This document shows positions 12,811 to 26,700 of a DNA stretch of 64,000 nt, piece by piece. The stretch's first letter is position 1, and each line of letters begins with the position of its first letter. Under the pieces are notes generated by a model. The model searched no databases, had not been told where the DNA came from, and was given only the letters and a program-made list of their open reading frames with translations. The translations under genes were made by a program, and so were the position numbers. Origin of the DNA: Eledone cirrhosa (taxonomy: Eukaryota); NCBI GenBank assembly GCA_964016885.1, contig OZ024741.1, positions 10,106,001 through 10,170,000 on the forward strand, given 5' to 3'.

Positions 12811-12926
12811 CGATATCTATGTGTTCTAGATAAACAAACTAGCAAATAAATAAATAAATATATAGACAGACTGAATAAAAAATGGCGTAGACATACAACA
12901 CAACAGGAGGAACAAAGAATATAACA

Positions 12927-12966
12927 CCACTGACGATGTTGCAGATGTGCAACGAAAGATTTATGT
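12927..12966 (+). ncRNA. Hammerhead core remnant
   Basis: CTGACGA-T-GTTGCA gatg TGCAAC-GAAAGATTTA; stem I only ~2 bp. Confidence 0.45.
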
Positions 12967-13171
12967 AAATTATGTAAACTATATATATGTGTTTGTGTCT
13001 ATATTGTATCTGTATTATTTTTGACCGTCGGTCAGTCAATGGCAACATTGAGGACCGAGTAACTTAGATCGCAGATATAAAAGACAGCGAGAAGCGAAAA
13101 CCAACCAAACAGTGAGTGTGTTCTGTTATTAATTCTGGCAATATTACGCAAATATGACCCTCCCCAAGTAT

Positions 13172-13202
<31 letters not shown>

Positions 13203-13217
13203 ATAATATATATATAT

Positions 13218-13333
<116 letters not shown>

Positions 13334-13339
13334 GTGTGT

Positions 13340-13960
13340 GTGTGTGTCCGCATGTATCTGTGTGTTTCTAAATATATTAATAACTCCCTCTGGTCGAGCA
13401 ATCTTTGAAGTGTGGGGACAACTGGAAAGCTTCCATTACTCATACTTCTCGCCTTCTTCACTACCTCTTCTACGGCCTCGATGTGAATACCCCCTCCGCC
13501 TCCGTGGTATTTTCTTCGTGGTTATAAGAGGCTTAGCTCTGTTTCTCGACCGTTATATCGCGTGACTATCTCCCCCTCCGCCTTTTGGGATTCTTTCTCA
13601 CGTCGTGTAGACGCGTTCTTGAGACTAGTAAAATGAGGTATCCTCTTGATAAGTCGGCAGACCTCGCAAGGACTCTATATCTTTGATATATTGTTTTTGT
13701 TTATGCCACGAAACTACGTAGTCGAGGAATTTAGGAACAGTTTTAGGTATGATACATTTTATTACTAATTATATCTAAATGTTTCTTCTCTCTTCATAAT
13801 GTATTTTTAACTCTGATACTGGTTCAGTCTGGTTCAAACTGAATTGGTCTGTCCCGGTCATTCATTGAGCAACATCGGTGAAGTTGGCACCCTTAACTCA
13901 CAGTTGGGTGCGGATGCATTCATGTATATATGTGTGTGTCCGCATGTATCTGTGTGTTTC

Positions 13961-13965
<5 letters not shown>
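13340..13965 (+). mobile_element. Solo pLTR / retrozyme-like unit bounded by a ~30-bp direct repeat, within (TA)n
   Basis: GTGTCCGCATGTATCTGTGTGTTTCTAAAT at both ends; internal hammerhead. Confidence 0.72.
13641..13728 (+). ncRNA. Type I hammerhead ribozyme, U3:A8 core variant
   Basis: TCCTC-TTGATAA-GTCGGCAGAC...GTTTATGCCAC-GAA-ACTACGTAGT (perfect palindrome)-C-GAGGA. Confidence 0.82.
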
Positions 13966-14032
<67 letters not shown>

Positions 14033-14047
14033 TTAAGAGAGAGATTT

Positions 14048-14686
14048 CTGGAGATAATTCCCTTCTCATTGGAGATCCGCTTGGATTATCCCGTTTACTT
14101 TGGAACTTGAAACCGCGGTAAAGGCACATATAGTAAATACAGCGAATTTTTAAAAATTTATTTTTAAAGCTTTTTCTCTATTTGCTAAGACCTGGATTTT
14201 ATATGTTCAGGCTTGTTAATTTATTCACCCGCCATAGAACCACATTGCCATACGGTTGGATAATACTTGTATCTCTATATGTATTTTTTACACGTAGGAA
14301 CACATAATTTATTATTATTAATCTCCCCTAAGGTTGATATAACACTTGGTCGTTTGTACTGCTGCTACTTCTAGTGGCAGGACATTGACCTGTCCTCCCT
14401 GCCTTTTGTCTTTGCACACGGCACCAGACAGAATTATTTCTTTGATCATTCACTCTCATCTGGGAATGGTTTTGTATGGCGTCAGTTTGTGATTTAAACT
14501 CGAGAATTTTATATTCTCCGAGCGAGAAGAGCCCTCTGAAGATAGTTCCCTTCTCAATGAAGATCCGCTTGGATTATCCGTTTATTTTGGAACTTGAAAC
14601 CGCGGTAAAGGCACATATAGTAAGTAGAGTGAATTTTTTTTTAATTTATTTTAAAGCTTTTTCTCTATTTGCTAGACCTGGATTTT
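14048..14686 (+). mobile_element. Partial tandem (~1.3 units, ~488-bp period) of a hammerhead-containing pLTR
   Basis: 14048-14203 repeats at 14536-14688. Confidence 0.78.
14531..14612 (+). ncRNA. Type I hammerhead ribozyme (second, mutated copy at 14048-14125)
   Basis: GCCCT-CTGAAGA-T AGTTCC...GGAACT T-GAAA-CCGCGG-TA-AAGGC. Confidence 0.75.
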
Positions 14687-14729
14687 ATATATATATATAT
14701 ATATATGGCACAATGCCAGAAATTACACC

Positions 14730-14815
14730 TGTGTATTACTGGTACTTTATTTTATCGACCCCGTAAGGATGAAAGGTAAAGTTAACCTCGGCGGGATTTG
14801 AACTCAGACTGTAAA
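14730..14815 (-). mobile_element. Truncated copy of the Meta-like SINE
   Basis: Reverse complement of ~3397-3480. Confidence 0.85.
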
Positions 14816-14884
14816 GAGAGGTATGTGTTTGTAAGTGCGCGCGTGTGTGTGTACTCGTCTGTGCGTGTATGTACGTGTGTGCAC

Positions 14885-15084
14885 NNNNNNNNNNNNNNNN
14901 NNNNNNNNNNNNNNNNNNNNNNNNNNNNNNNNNNNNNNNNNNNNNNNNNNNNNNNNNNNNNNNNNNNNNNNNNNNNNNNNNNNNNNNNNNNNNNNNNNNN
15001 NNNNNNNNNNNNNNNNNNNNNNNNNNNNNNNNNNNNNNNNNNNNNNNNNNNNNNNNNNNNNNNNNNNNNNNNNNNNNNNNNNNN
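14885..15084. other. Assembly gap (200 N)
   Basis: Run of N. Confidence 0.99.
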
Positions 15085-15274
15085 TTGTTTGTTGTTGATG
15101 TTGTGGTTGTTGTTGTGGTGGTGGTTGTTGTTGTTATTGTTGTTGTTGTAGTGGTGGTGGTGGTGGTGGTGGTGGTTGTGGTTGTTGTGTTTGTGGTTGT
15201 TGTTGCTGCTGTTCTTGTTGTAGTTGAACTTGTTGTGGTTGTTTTTGTTATTGTTGTTGCGGTTGTTGTTGTGG

Positions 15275-15315
<41 letters not shown>

Positions 15316-15595
15316 GCTGTGGTTGTTGTTGTTTTCACATTTTCGTTGTTTGTTTTCTCAAAGCACAGAATCTGTAATAGCTTAATACAAATTGCAACTT
15401 CAGTGACATTAACATGAAGACTAACACATTATCGCTTAGTTTGTTGTTGTTGTTGTTGTTGTTGTTATTGTTGTTGTTGTGGTTAATGTAAAATTATACG
15501 ACTTAATGTCTTCATCAAACATTGTGCCGTTCACGGCGAATACGGCGACGGCGACAGGGATAATGATGACGATGATGATGATGATGACGACGATT

Positions 15596-15650
<55 letters not shown>

Positions 15651-15661
15651 CGACGACGATT

Positions 15662-15695
<34 letters not shown>

Positions 15696-15751
15696 CGACG
15701 ATTATGATTATGATGATGATGATGATGATGATTATGATAATGATGACGATT

Positions 15752-15782
<31 letters not shown>

Positions 15783-15865
15783 CGATGATGACGATGATGA
15801 CGATGTTTATGGTGAGGATGACTGTGGTGATGTGGTTGGTTGTGGTGATGGAGATGGATGAGATG

Positions 15866-15910
<45 letters not shown>

Positions 15911-15946
15911 GAGGAGGAGGAGGAGGAGGAGGAAGAAGAGGAGGAG
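15085..15946. repeat. Serial trinucleotide tracts (GTT/GTG, GAT, GTA, GAG)
   Basis: Direct reading. Confidence 0.92.
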
Positions 15947-16370
15947 GTTAATGAGAGAGATATCGAGGGAAATAATCCTATTGATTTGGCGGCCATGTTG
16001 TATAGCAAGGGGTAGGAGTTAAACATTGTATATCTGTCACTAAACCTACAACACACTACGTACATATCTTACACAAACCATAACATTTAGAGGCTGCAAA
16101 TATTTTTATTGTTATATCTTATAGTCTCTTACTAATTTCTATCCCATACACACCATATATACTTAATACATACATTGGCACATATATACGTAGATACTTA
16201 CGTCTGTATATGCATACCTACATATATACATACATATGTGGTTTATATATACATTCATAAATCTGTACATTATATATACACACGTCCCTATATACTTACC
16301 TACATATATAACAGTTCGATACACAATAAAAATCTAAATACATGTATACGAAATTTCATCGTTTTCATTA

Positions 16371-16404
<34 letters not shown>

Positions 16405-16536
16405 TAATGAAAACGATATATATATGAGAGTGTTAAAGTTTGTGGAATAATATAAATTGTCGTTTTGGAAGCCTCAATAATGCAGATGGGTAAATCTCCG
16501 GGTAACAAAATCAGGTGGTAATGAGAGAGGGAGAGG

Positions 16537-16585
<49 letters not shown>

Positions 16586-16586
16586 C

Positions 16587-18508
16587 TTTCTTTTTATTTG
16601 CCACCAAGGCATCAAAAGTGGGACAAGTACAATGGGGGAGTTTACATAACAAGGCGTCCTCAATATGGAGGAGGCAATAACAAGATATAAAAATAAAATA
16701 CAATATAACAAAATAAATTTTATAACAAAATCCTCAATAGAGAGCAGGCGCCTTGGGGGGTCGCACACACACCCGAAAAAAGTGTGCAACCCTTCTCCTC
16801 AGGAGCACAGAGAGGGGGTGCTGCCTTGATCTTTTATCTTCCTCACCTATAGTCTGATGTAGAGTGAAGGCCCATTCACACGGGCCATTCTCGCCACTTT
16901 CACCCATCTTTAATAAAAACGGCTGGGTGCAGCACCTCTCTCTCCATCCTGATCCTTCTTCCGAAATGATATCGGAAGAAACGGACCAGTTGTTGGCCAG
17001 AGAGAAGGGTGTCTGACCTCAGTCCTTTCAGACGCGTCCACCATACAACCTCTTTCGCCATGGCTATTACGCACAGAAACACTGCCTCTCCTTCGTTTTT
17101 GAAGAGGGGGGCGGCTTGATCGTTACAATAGACTCGGTGGTCAACCGGAACGGTCCCACCCTTGACAGCAGTTGTTCGACATAGCCCCACAGATCGGCAA
17201 TGCCCGAGCAGTGTACCAATGCGTGTGCAACGGTTTCCTCGTCGCACACGCATCTGGGACAGATCTTTTTCGAGGGGTCCCTACCCGGGCGCCCGTGTCT
17301 GTAGAGCCTTTCTCGAACGGGCAGAGCTCTTCGGTAGCACTGCCAGGCCAGGGACCTCTGGAAGTTATCCATGGGTCCCGGGCTGAATGTCCTACCGAAC
17401 AGGTTGGCCAGTTCGTCTTCTTCCATGTCTAGGGCTTCTCCGAGGGCGTCGTCGCACCTGCTAACCACCAGCCCTCTATAGAATGACGAGGTGGATTCTC
17501 CACTGACAGCCGGGTCCGCCTGCCAGAGAGCCGTGAGCGCCTGGGCACACTCGGTGTGCCAGGCGCCCAGTTTTCTCGGTCTTTGCTTGACCCAGGCTTG
17601 CAGCTCGGTGAGTGAGACGAGTCTGGGAAAGGCTCGCCTCACAAACGGGGCCCACACCGGCTGACCGGTGGGGAATACCTGGAGGTCCCGTAGCCTTAAT
17701 GCGTGTTTACGTATCATTAGCCACTGCATCCCCACCTTTCGAAGGGTGTTGACAGCAGATGGATGTCCTCCTCACCATAGGAGCCCGCTTCTTCCAAAGG
17801 AATTGGAAGAGTGCGCGCTCCATTTTGGCGAGCGTTTCCCTTGGGCAAGGCACAACGATCAGGCGGTAGTAGATGACGGACGCTATATAAGTGTTCGCCA
17901 CCTCCGCCCGACCTTTCAGGGACAGTTTGCATTCGGCCCACTTCTGGGTCAGTGCAAACACCCTGTTCGTTACTTCACCCCAGTTCTTCTCCACCTTGAG
18001 TTCTGGTCCGAACCAGTCCCCGAGCAACTTCACCGGGCCCTCCGCCCAGCGCCCGACGACGCCATCGGAGGGCATCGATCTGCCCCTCCACGTGCCGAGT
18101 TGCAGACCGATCGACTTGTCCCGGTTCAGCTTAACCCCTGTAAACCTTTCGTACTCCTCCAGTAAGATGCCGATCGCCCCGATTTCCGAGGCCGTCGACA
18201 CCATTACTGTTACGTCGTCGGCGTAGGCCGACACCGCTTTCCGCAATCCCGGTTCCAAAGGGATGCCCTGCAACAACTCCAACTTCCGCAGTAGTGGCTC
18301 TAGAGTCATTACATACAGAAGGGAGGAGAGAGGGCTCCCTTGTCGGATGGACCGCGCGTTTTGAACGGCTCCGAGAGGTAGCCGTTCACCTTGACCCTAG
18401 AGCAGATGCGGCTGCTGTGCATGGCATTGATCTAGCCCCTGAAAACGGGTCCGAAGCTTGCCGCCGCTAGCACCGCATCCAGGTAACCATGGTCGACCCT
18501 ATCGAACG

Positions 18509-18512
<4 letters not shown>
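16587..18512 (-). mobile_element. 5'-truncated Tx1-clade LINE (copy A, divergent subfamily), ORF2 RT to CCHC, frameshifted
   Basis: KAFDRVDH, RQGSPLS, SAYADD, KLLG, CPRCVCDEETVAHALVHC; flanked by (TA)n. Confidence 0.92.
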
Positions 18513-18544
<32 letters not shown>

Positions 18545-18547
<3 letters not shown>

Positions 18548-19015
18548 ACAATTTTATTTAAAATTGTTGGGTTACAACGAGTAAATATTTTATAACTGAT
18601 ATAAAAGCACTCAACAGATTTTGGAGTATTTTACGATATTAAACAAATGGAAACTATATTTATAAAACCATATTTATTTCATTATATATATTTCAGGGAT
18701 ATCATATTAAAAATATGGTATGCCCTCTTCAGACAAAATACAATATATAAACAGTTTTATAAATAAATTTGACATACCTTGAAAAGTTTTTTACAACTTC
18801 CATTTAAAAAGTTGTTATTTTTTAAATGGAAGTTGTTATTTTTTAAATGGAAGTTGTAAAAAACTTTTCAAGGTATGTCAAATTTATTTATAAAACTGTT
18901 TATATATTGTATTTTGTCTGAAGAGGGCATACCACATTTTTAATATGATATCCCTGAAATATATATAATGAAACAAATATGGTTTTATAAATATAGTTTC
19001 CATTTGTTTAATATC

Positions 19016-19018
<3 letters not shown>
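18545..19018. mobile_element. Fold-back pair of Naiad pLTR ends; hammerheads at 18677-18738 (-) and 18912-18973 (+)
   Basis: ~180-bp inverted arms 18632-18810/18840-19018; TTTTGT-CTGAAGA-GGG...CCT-GAAA-TATATA-TA-ATGAAA; (TA)n on both sides. Confidence 0.85.
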
Positions 19019-19094
<76 letters not shown>

Positions 19095-19179
19095 TGTAAG
19101 AGGAAGCGTAGAAAGAGACGTAGAGAGCGGAAAAGAACTTAGGAAAAGTGTAAGAGATAATAACACGAGATAAAGTTAC

Positions 19180-19361
19180 CCTGGAAGCGATTTAATAATC
19201 CTTATATTTCGGATTTCACATCCACCAACAGGGGGGTTTTCCGAGGGGAAAGAGTTGTGTCGGAGGCCACGACAACATGTAGCCTTCTTTGTGGACCAGC
19301 TGAAAGTATATGCCAAACACGAGGGCCGGCTGAAAGGTTCATAGGCTGAATATGACTTGAG
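19180..19361 (-). other. Candidate 182-nt host exon
   Basis: TTTAACAG acceptor, GG|GTAACT donor, one open frame LKSYSAYEPFSRPSCLAYTFSWSTKKATCCRGLRHNSFPSENPPVGGCEIRNIRIIKSLPG. Confidence 0.28.
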
Positions 19362-19998
19362 CTGTTAAATCTTGATGTCATTAATTTCAACTCTTCTTAT
19401 TAATAAGTGCATTGTATATTTCCAAGGATTATGTTGAAAAATAAACCCTATTTGGTCATTCCATGAGAGTATATTAGTCAGCCTATGAAGGAGTGATGCG
19501 AAAGCTTTGAAATCTTACATGCATTAATTTCAAATCTTGCATTAATTTCAAATGTAACTGTAGAGTATCGTGGTCAGCCTGTGAACTATTCAATTGACCC
19601 TCGTATATGAATGGTATAAAGTATCTATTTACCCTGGTTATGACATATGTATTACTGGGAAGGATTTTGACTTCAATGTTCCTACATGATAGTAAAACGG
19701 GAGATATTACAAACCAGCCTAATATCATCTGTATTAATGGCCTGGATGTTTCTGATGAGGAATGTTACAGGAACTTGGGGACTGGTGACAAGGTAAGATA
19801 TGATGGAACCTGTTATGAGGAATGTTACAGGAACTTGGGGAGACAGATGACATAATGTTTGAACTTGTAATGAGAGATATAATGTCTGGAGATACAAATG
19901 TGATTCACAGTCTTCTCCCTGGAATAAAGCAGCGGCTTACAATATCTTTACTGTATCACTTATACACATATTTCCGACACTCTAAACCAGAAACTTTC

Positions 19999-20074
<76 letters not shown>

Positions 20075-20127
20075 GCACACACACACACATATATATCCGT
20101 CTGTCGTTCTTTCTATATATTATTCAA

Positions 20128-20216
<89 letters not shown>

Positions 20217-20314
20217 GTGTGTGTGTGTATAGATCAGGATATATTCACTTTGAAACTAGTTAGACAATTACTCAAAAGAGTACTCAATACTTTGGTAAGT
20301 AGAGTATAGTTATA

Positions 20315-20439
20315 TTATAAAGAGTCGGGACCCCGACAGTTGAGCTCTTGCCGTTTCAAGAGCTAGTTCACGATTCTGAGACTGCAACAATCTGTTGAAA
20401 CGGCAAGAGCTCAGCCGTCGGGGTCCCGACTCGTTATAA
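20315..20439. repeat. Hairpin element, copy 3
   Basis: GAGTCGGGACCCCGACAGTTGAGCTCTTGCCGTTTCAA / TTGAAACGGCAAGAGCTCAGCCGTCGGGGTCCCGACTC. Confidence 0.88.
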
Positions 20440-20496
20440 CATATATGTATACGCACACACACACACACATACATTCATATACATACATATATATAA

Positions 20497-20567
<71 letters not shown>

Positions 20568-20732
20568 CATCTGTCTATCCGTCTGTCGGTTTATATATAT
20601 ATTAATCTATCTATCCATTTATCTATCTGTCTATATTCCCATCTTTCTGTGTGTCGATATAATTATCAGTCTACTGATAGATCGATCAATCGATCTATCT
20701 CTCAGTTTCTCTATTCGTTCTTCCCCCTGATT

Positions 20733-23700
20733 CACCTTGTAACACACAACACAGAAGACATTAACACATCTTTTAACACGCAACACAGAAGACATTAACA
20801 CACATTCTAAAACAACACAGAGAACATTAACACACCTTGTAACACAAGACAGAGGACATTAACACACCTTGTAACACAACACAGAGGACCTTAACAGACC
20901 TTGTAACACAAGACAGAGGACATTAACAAACCTTGTAACACAACAAAGAGGCCATTAACACACCTTCTAACACAACACAGGGGAGATTGACACAACTTGT
21001 AACACAACACAGAAGACATTAACACAACTTATAACACAACACAAAGGACATTAACACACCCTGTAACACACAACACAGAAGACATTAACACACCTTGTAA
21101 CACAACACAGAAAACATTAACACACCTTGTAACACAACACAGAGGACATTAACACACCCTGTAACACAAAACACAGAAGCCATTAACACACCTTGTAACA
21201 CAAAACACAGAATACATTAACACACATTGTAGCACACAACACAGAGGACATTAACATATCTTGTAACACAACACAGAAGACATTAACACACCTTGTGACA
21301 CAACACAGAAGACATTAACACACATTGTAACACAACACAGAAGACATTAACATACCTTGTAACACACAACACAGAGGACATTAACATACCTTGTAACACA
21401 ACACAGAAGACATTAACACACATTGTAACACAACACAGAAGACATTAACACACCTTGTAACACACAACACAGAGGACATTAACACACCTTGTAACACAAC
21501 ACAGAAGACATTAACACACCTTGTAACACACAACACAGAGGACATTAACACACCCTGTAACACAAAACACAGAAGCCATTAACACACCTTGTAACACAAA
21601 ACACAGAATACATTAACACACCTTGTAACACACAACACAGAGGACATTAACACACCTTCTAACACAACACAGGGGAGATTGACACAACTTGTAACACAAC
21701 ACAGAAGACATTAACACACCTTATAACACAACACAGAGGACATTTACCCTACTTGTAACACACAACACAGAAGACATTAACACACCCTGTAACACAACAC
21801 AGAAGACATTAACACACCTTGTAACACAACACAGAGGACATTAACACACCCTGTAACACAAAACACAGAAGCCATTAACACACCTTGTAACACAAAAAAC
21901 AGAATACATTAACACACATTGTAACACACAACACAGAGGACATTAACACAACTTGTAACACAACACAGAATACATTAACACACCTTGTAACACCCAACAC
22001 AGAAGACATTAACACACCTTGTAACGCAACACAGAAGACATTAACACACCTTGTAACGCAACACAGAAGACATTAACACACCTTGTAACACACAACACAG
22101 AGGACATTAACACACCTTGTAACACAACCAATAGGACATTAACACACCTTGTAACACAACACAGAGGACATTAACACACCTTGTAACACACAACAGAGAA
22201 GACATTAACACACCTTGTAACACAACACAGAGGACATTAACACACCCTGTAACGCAACACAGAAGACATTAACACACCTTGTAACACAACACAGAGGACA
22301 TTAACACACCCTGTAACGCAACACAGAAGACATTAACACACCTTGTAACACAACACAGAGGACATTAACACACCCTGTAACGCAACACAGAAGACATTTA
22401 CACACCTTGTAACGCAACACAGAGGACATTAACACACCTTGTAACGCAACACAGAAGACATTAACACACCTTGTAACGCAACACAGAGGACATTAACACA
22501 CCTTGTAACGCAACACAGAGGGCATTAACACACCTTGTAACGCAACACAGAAGACATTAACACACCTTGTAACGCAACACAGAGGGCATTAACACACCTT
22601 GTAACGCAACACAGAAGACATTAACACACCTTGTAACGCAACACAGAGGACATTAACACACATTGTAACACAACACACAGGACATTAACACACCTTGTAA
22701 CACAACACAGAGGACATTAACACACCTTGTAACGCAACACAGAGGACATTAACACACCTTGTAACGCAACACAGAAGACATTAACACACCTTGTAACGCA
22801 ACACAGAGGACATTAACACACATTGTAACACAACACACAGGACATTAACACACCTTGTAACACAACACAGAGGACATTAACACACCTTGTAACACAACAC
22901 AGAGGACATTAACACACCTTGTAACGCAACACAGAAGACATTAACACATCTTGTAACACACAACACAGAAGACATTAACACACCTTGTAACACACAACAC
23001 AGAGGACATTAACACACCTTCTAACGCAACACAGAAGACATTAACACACGTTGTAACGCAACACAGAGGACATTAACACACGTTGTAACAGAACACAAAA
23101 GACATTAACACACCTTGTAACACAACACAGAAGACATTAACACACCTTGTAACGCAACACAGAGGACATTAACACACCTTGTAACGCAACACAGAGGACA
23201 TTTACCCTACTTGTAACGCAACACAAGTCATTAACACACATTGTAACACAACACAGAAGACATTAAGAGACCTTGCAACACAACACAGAAGACATTAAAA
23301 CACCTTGTAACACAACACAGAAGATATTAACACACCTTGTAACACACAACACAGAAGACATTAACACACCTTGTAACACGCAACACAGAAGACATTAACA
23401 CACATTCTAAAACAACACAGAGAACATTAACACACCTTGTAACACAACACAGAGGACATTAACACACCTTGTAACACAACACAGAGGACCTTAACCGACC
23501 TTGTAACACAAGACAGAGGACATTAACAAACGTTGTAACACAACAAAGAGGCCATTAACACACCTTGTAACACAACACAGAAGACATTAACACACCTTGT
23601 AACACACAACACAGAGGACATTAACACACCTTGTAACACAACAAATAGGACATTAACACACCTTGTAACGCAACACAGATGACATTAACACACCTTGTAA

Positions 23701-26700
23701 CACACAACACAGACGATATTAACACACCTTGTAACGCAACACAGAAGACATTAACACACCTTTTAACGCAACACAGAAGACATTAACACACCTTGTAACA
23801 CACAACACAGAGGACATTAACACACCTTGTAACACAACAAATAGGACATTAACACACCTTGTAACGCAACACAGATGACATTAACACACCTTGTAACACA
23901 CAACACAGAGGATATTAACACACCTTGTAACGCAACACAGAAGACATTAACACACCTTGTAACGCAACACAGAAGACATTAACACACCTTGTAACGCAAC
24001 ACAGAGGACATTAACACACATTGTAACACAACACACAGGACATTAACACACCTTGTAACACAACACAGAGGACATTAACACACCTTGTAACGCAACACAG
24101 AAGACATTAACACACCTTGTAAAGCAACACAGAAGACATTAACACACATTGTAACACAACACAGAAGACATTAACATACCTTGTAACACACAACACAGAG
24201 GACATTAACATACCTTTTAACACAACACAGAGGACATTAACACACGTTGTAACAGAACACAAAAGACATTAACACACCTTGTAACACAACACAGAAGACA
24301 TTAACACACCTTGTAACGCAACACGGATGACATTAACACACCTTGTAACGCAACACAAGTGATTAACACACCTTGTAACACAACACAGAAGACATTAAGA
24401 GACCTTGTAACACAACACAGAAGACATTAACATACCTTGTAACACAACACAAAATACATTAAAACACCTTGTAACACAACACAGAAGATATTAAAACACC
24501 TTGTAACACACAACACAGAAGTCATTAACACATCTTGTAACACGCAACACAGAAGACATTAACACACATTCTAAAACAACACAGAGAACATTAACACACC
24601 TTGTAACACAACACAGAGGACATAAACACACCTTGTAACACAACACAGAGGACCTTAACAGACCTTGTAACACAAGACAGAGGACATTAACAAACCTTGT
24701 AACACAACAAAGAGGCCATTAACACACCTTCTAACACAACACAGAGGACATTTACCCAACTTGTAACACACAACACAGAAGACATTAACACACCTTGTAA
24801 CACAACACAGAGGACATTAACACACCCTGTAACACAAAACACAGAAGCCATTAACACACCTTGTAACACAAAACACAGAATACATTAACACACATTGTAA
24901 CACACAACACAGAGGACATTAACATATCTTGTAACACAACACAGAAGACATTAACACACCTTGTAACACAACACAGAAGACATTAACACACATTGTAACA
25001 CAACACAGAAGACATTAACATACCTTGTAACACACAACACAGAGGACATTAACATACCTTGTAACACAACACAGAAGACATTAACACACCTTGTAACACA
25101 ACACAGAAGACATTAACACACCTTGTAACACAGAACACAGAGGATATTAACACACCTTGTAACGCAACACAGAAGACATTAACACACCTTGTAACGCAAC
25201 ACAGAAGACATTAACACACCTTGTAACGCAACACAGAAGACATTAACACACCTTGTAACGCAACACAGAAGACATTAACACACCTTGTAACGCAACACAG
25301 AAGACATTAACACACCTTGTAACACACAACACAGAGGACATTAACACACCTTGTAACACACAACACAGAGGATATTAACACACCTTGTAAAGCAACACAG
25401 AAGACATTAACACACCTTGTAATGCAACACAGAAGACATTAACACACCTTGTAACGCAACACAGAAGACATTAACACACCTTGTAACGCAACACAGAAGA
25501 CATTAACACACCTTGTAACACACAACACAGAGGACATTAACACACCTTGTAACACAACCAATAGGACATTAACACACCTTGTAACACAACACAGAGGACA
25601 TTAACACACCTTGTAACACACAACAGAGAAGACATTAACACACCTTGTAACACAACACAGAGGACATTAACACACCCTGTAACGCAACACAGAAGACATT
25701 AACACACCTTGTAACACAACACAGAGGACATTAACACACCCTGTAACGCAACACAGAAGACATTAACACACCTTGTAACACAACACAGAGGACATTAACA
25801 CACCCTGTAACGCAACACAGAAGACATTTACACACCTTGTAACGCAACACAGAGGACATTAACACACCTTGTAACGCAACACAGAAGACATTAACACACC
25901 TTGTAACGCAACACAGAGGACATTAACACACCTTGTAACGCAACACAGAGGGCATTAACACACCTTGTAACGCAACACAGAAGACATTAACACACCTTGT
26001 AACGCAACACAGAGGGCATTAACACACCTTGTAACGCAACACAGAAGACATTAACACACCTTGTAACGCAACACAGAGGACATTAACACACATTGTAACA
26101 CAACACACAGGACATTAACACACCTTGTAACACAACACAGAGGACATTAACACACCTTGTAACGCAACACAGAGGACATTAACACACCTTGTAACGCAAC
26201 ACAGAAGCCATTAACACACCTTGTAACGCAACACAGAGGACATTAACACACATTGTAACACAACACACAGGACATTAACACACCTTGTAACACAACACAG
26301 AGGACATTAACACACCTTGTAACACAACACAGAGGACATTAACACACCTTGTAACGCAACACAGAAGACATTAACACATCTTGTAACACACAACACAGAA
26401 GACATTAACACACCTTGTAACACACAACACAGAGGACATTAACACACCTTCTAACGCAACACAGAAGACATTAACACACGTTGTAACGCAACACAGAGGA
26501 CATTAACACACGTTGTAACAGAACACAAAAGACATTAACACACCTTGTAACACAACACAGAAGACATTAACACACCTTGTAACGCAACACAGAGGACATT
26601 AACACACCTTGTAACGCAACACAGAGGACATTTACCCTACTTGTAACGCAACACAAGTCATTAACACACATTGTAACACAACACAGAAGACATTAAGAGA

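Larger units (their letters stand above)
10672..12830 (-). mobile_element. 5'-truncated Penelope-like element, Naiad-type, with long AT-rich 3' UTR/pLTR
   Basis: GIY-YIG ORF fragment, downstream hammerhead, 3' end abutting (TA)n; terminal ~230 bp shared with 18545-19018 and 55680-58017. Confidence 0.8.

Noticed and set aside
12225-12845. Selenoprotein-type Naiad
   Set aside because: No in-frame UGA in the surviving fragment and no SECIS recognisable by eye.
15436-16065. 209-aa ORF spanning poly-S/Y/I tracts
   Set aside because: Mostly microsatellite; the unique parts are too short to assign.
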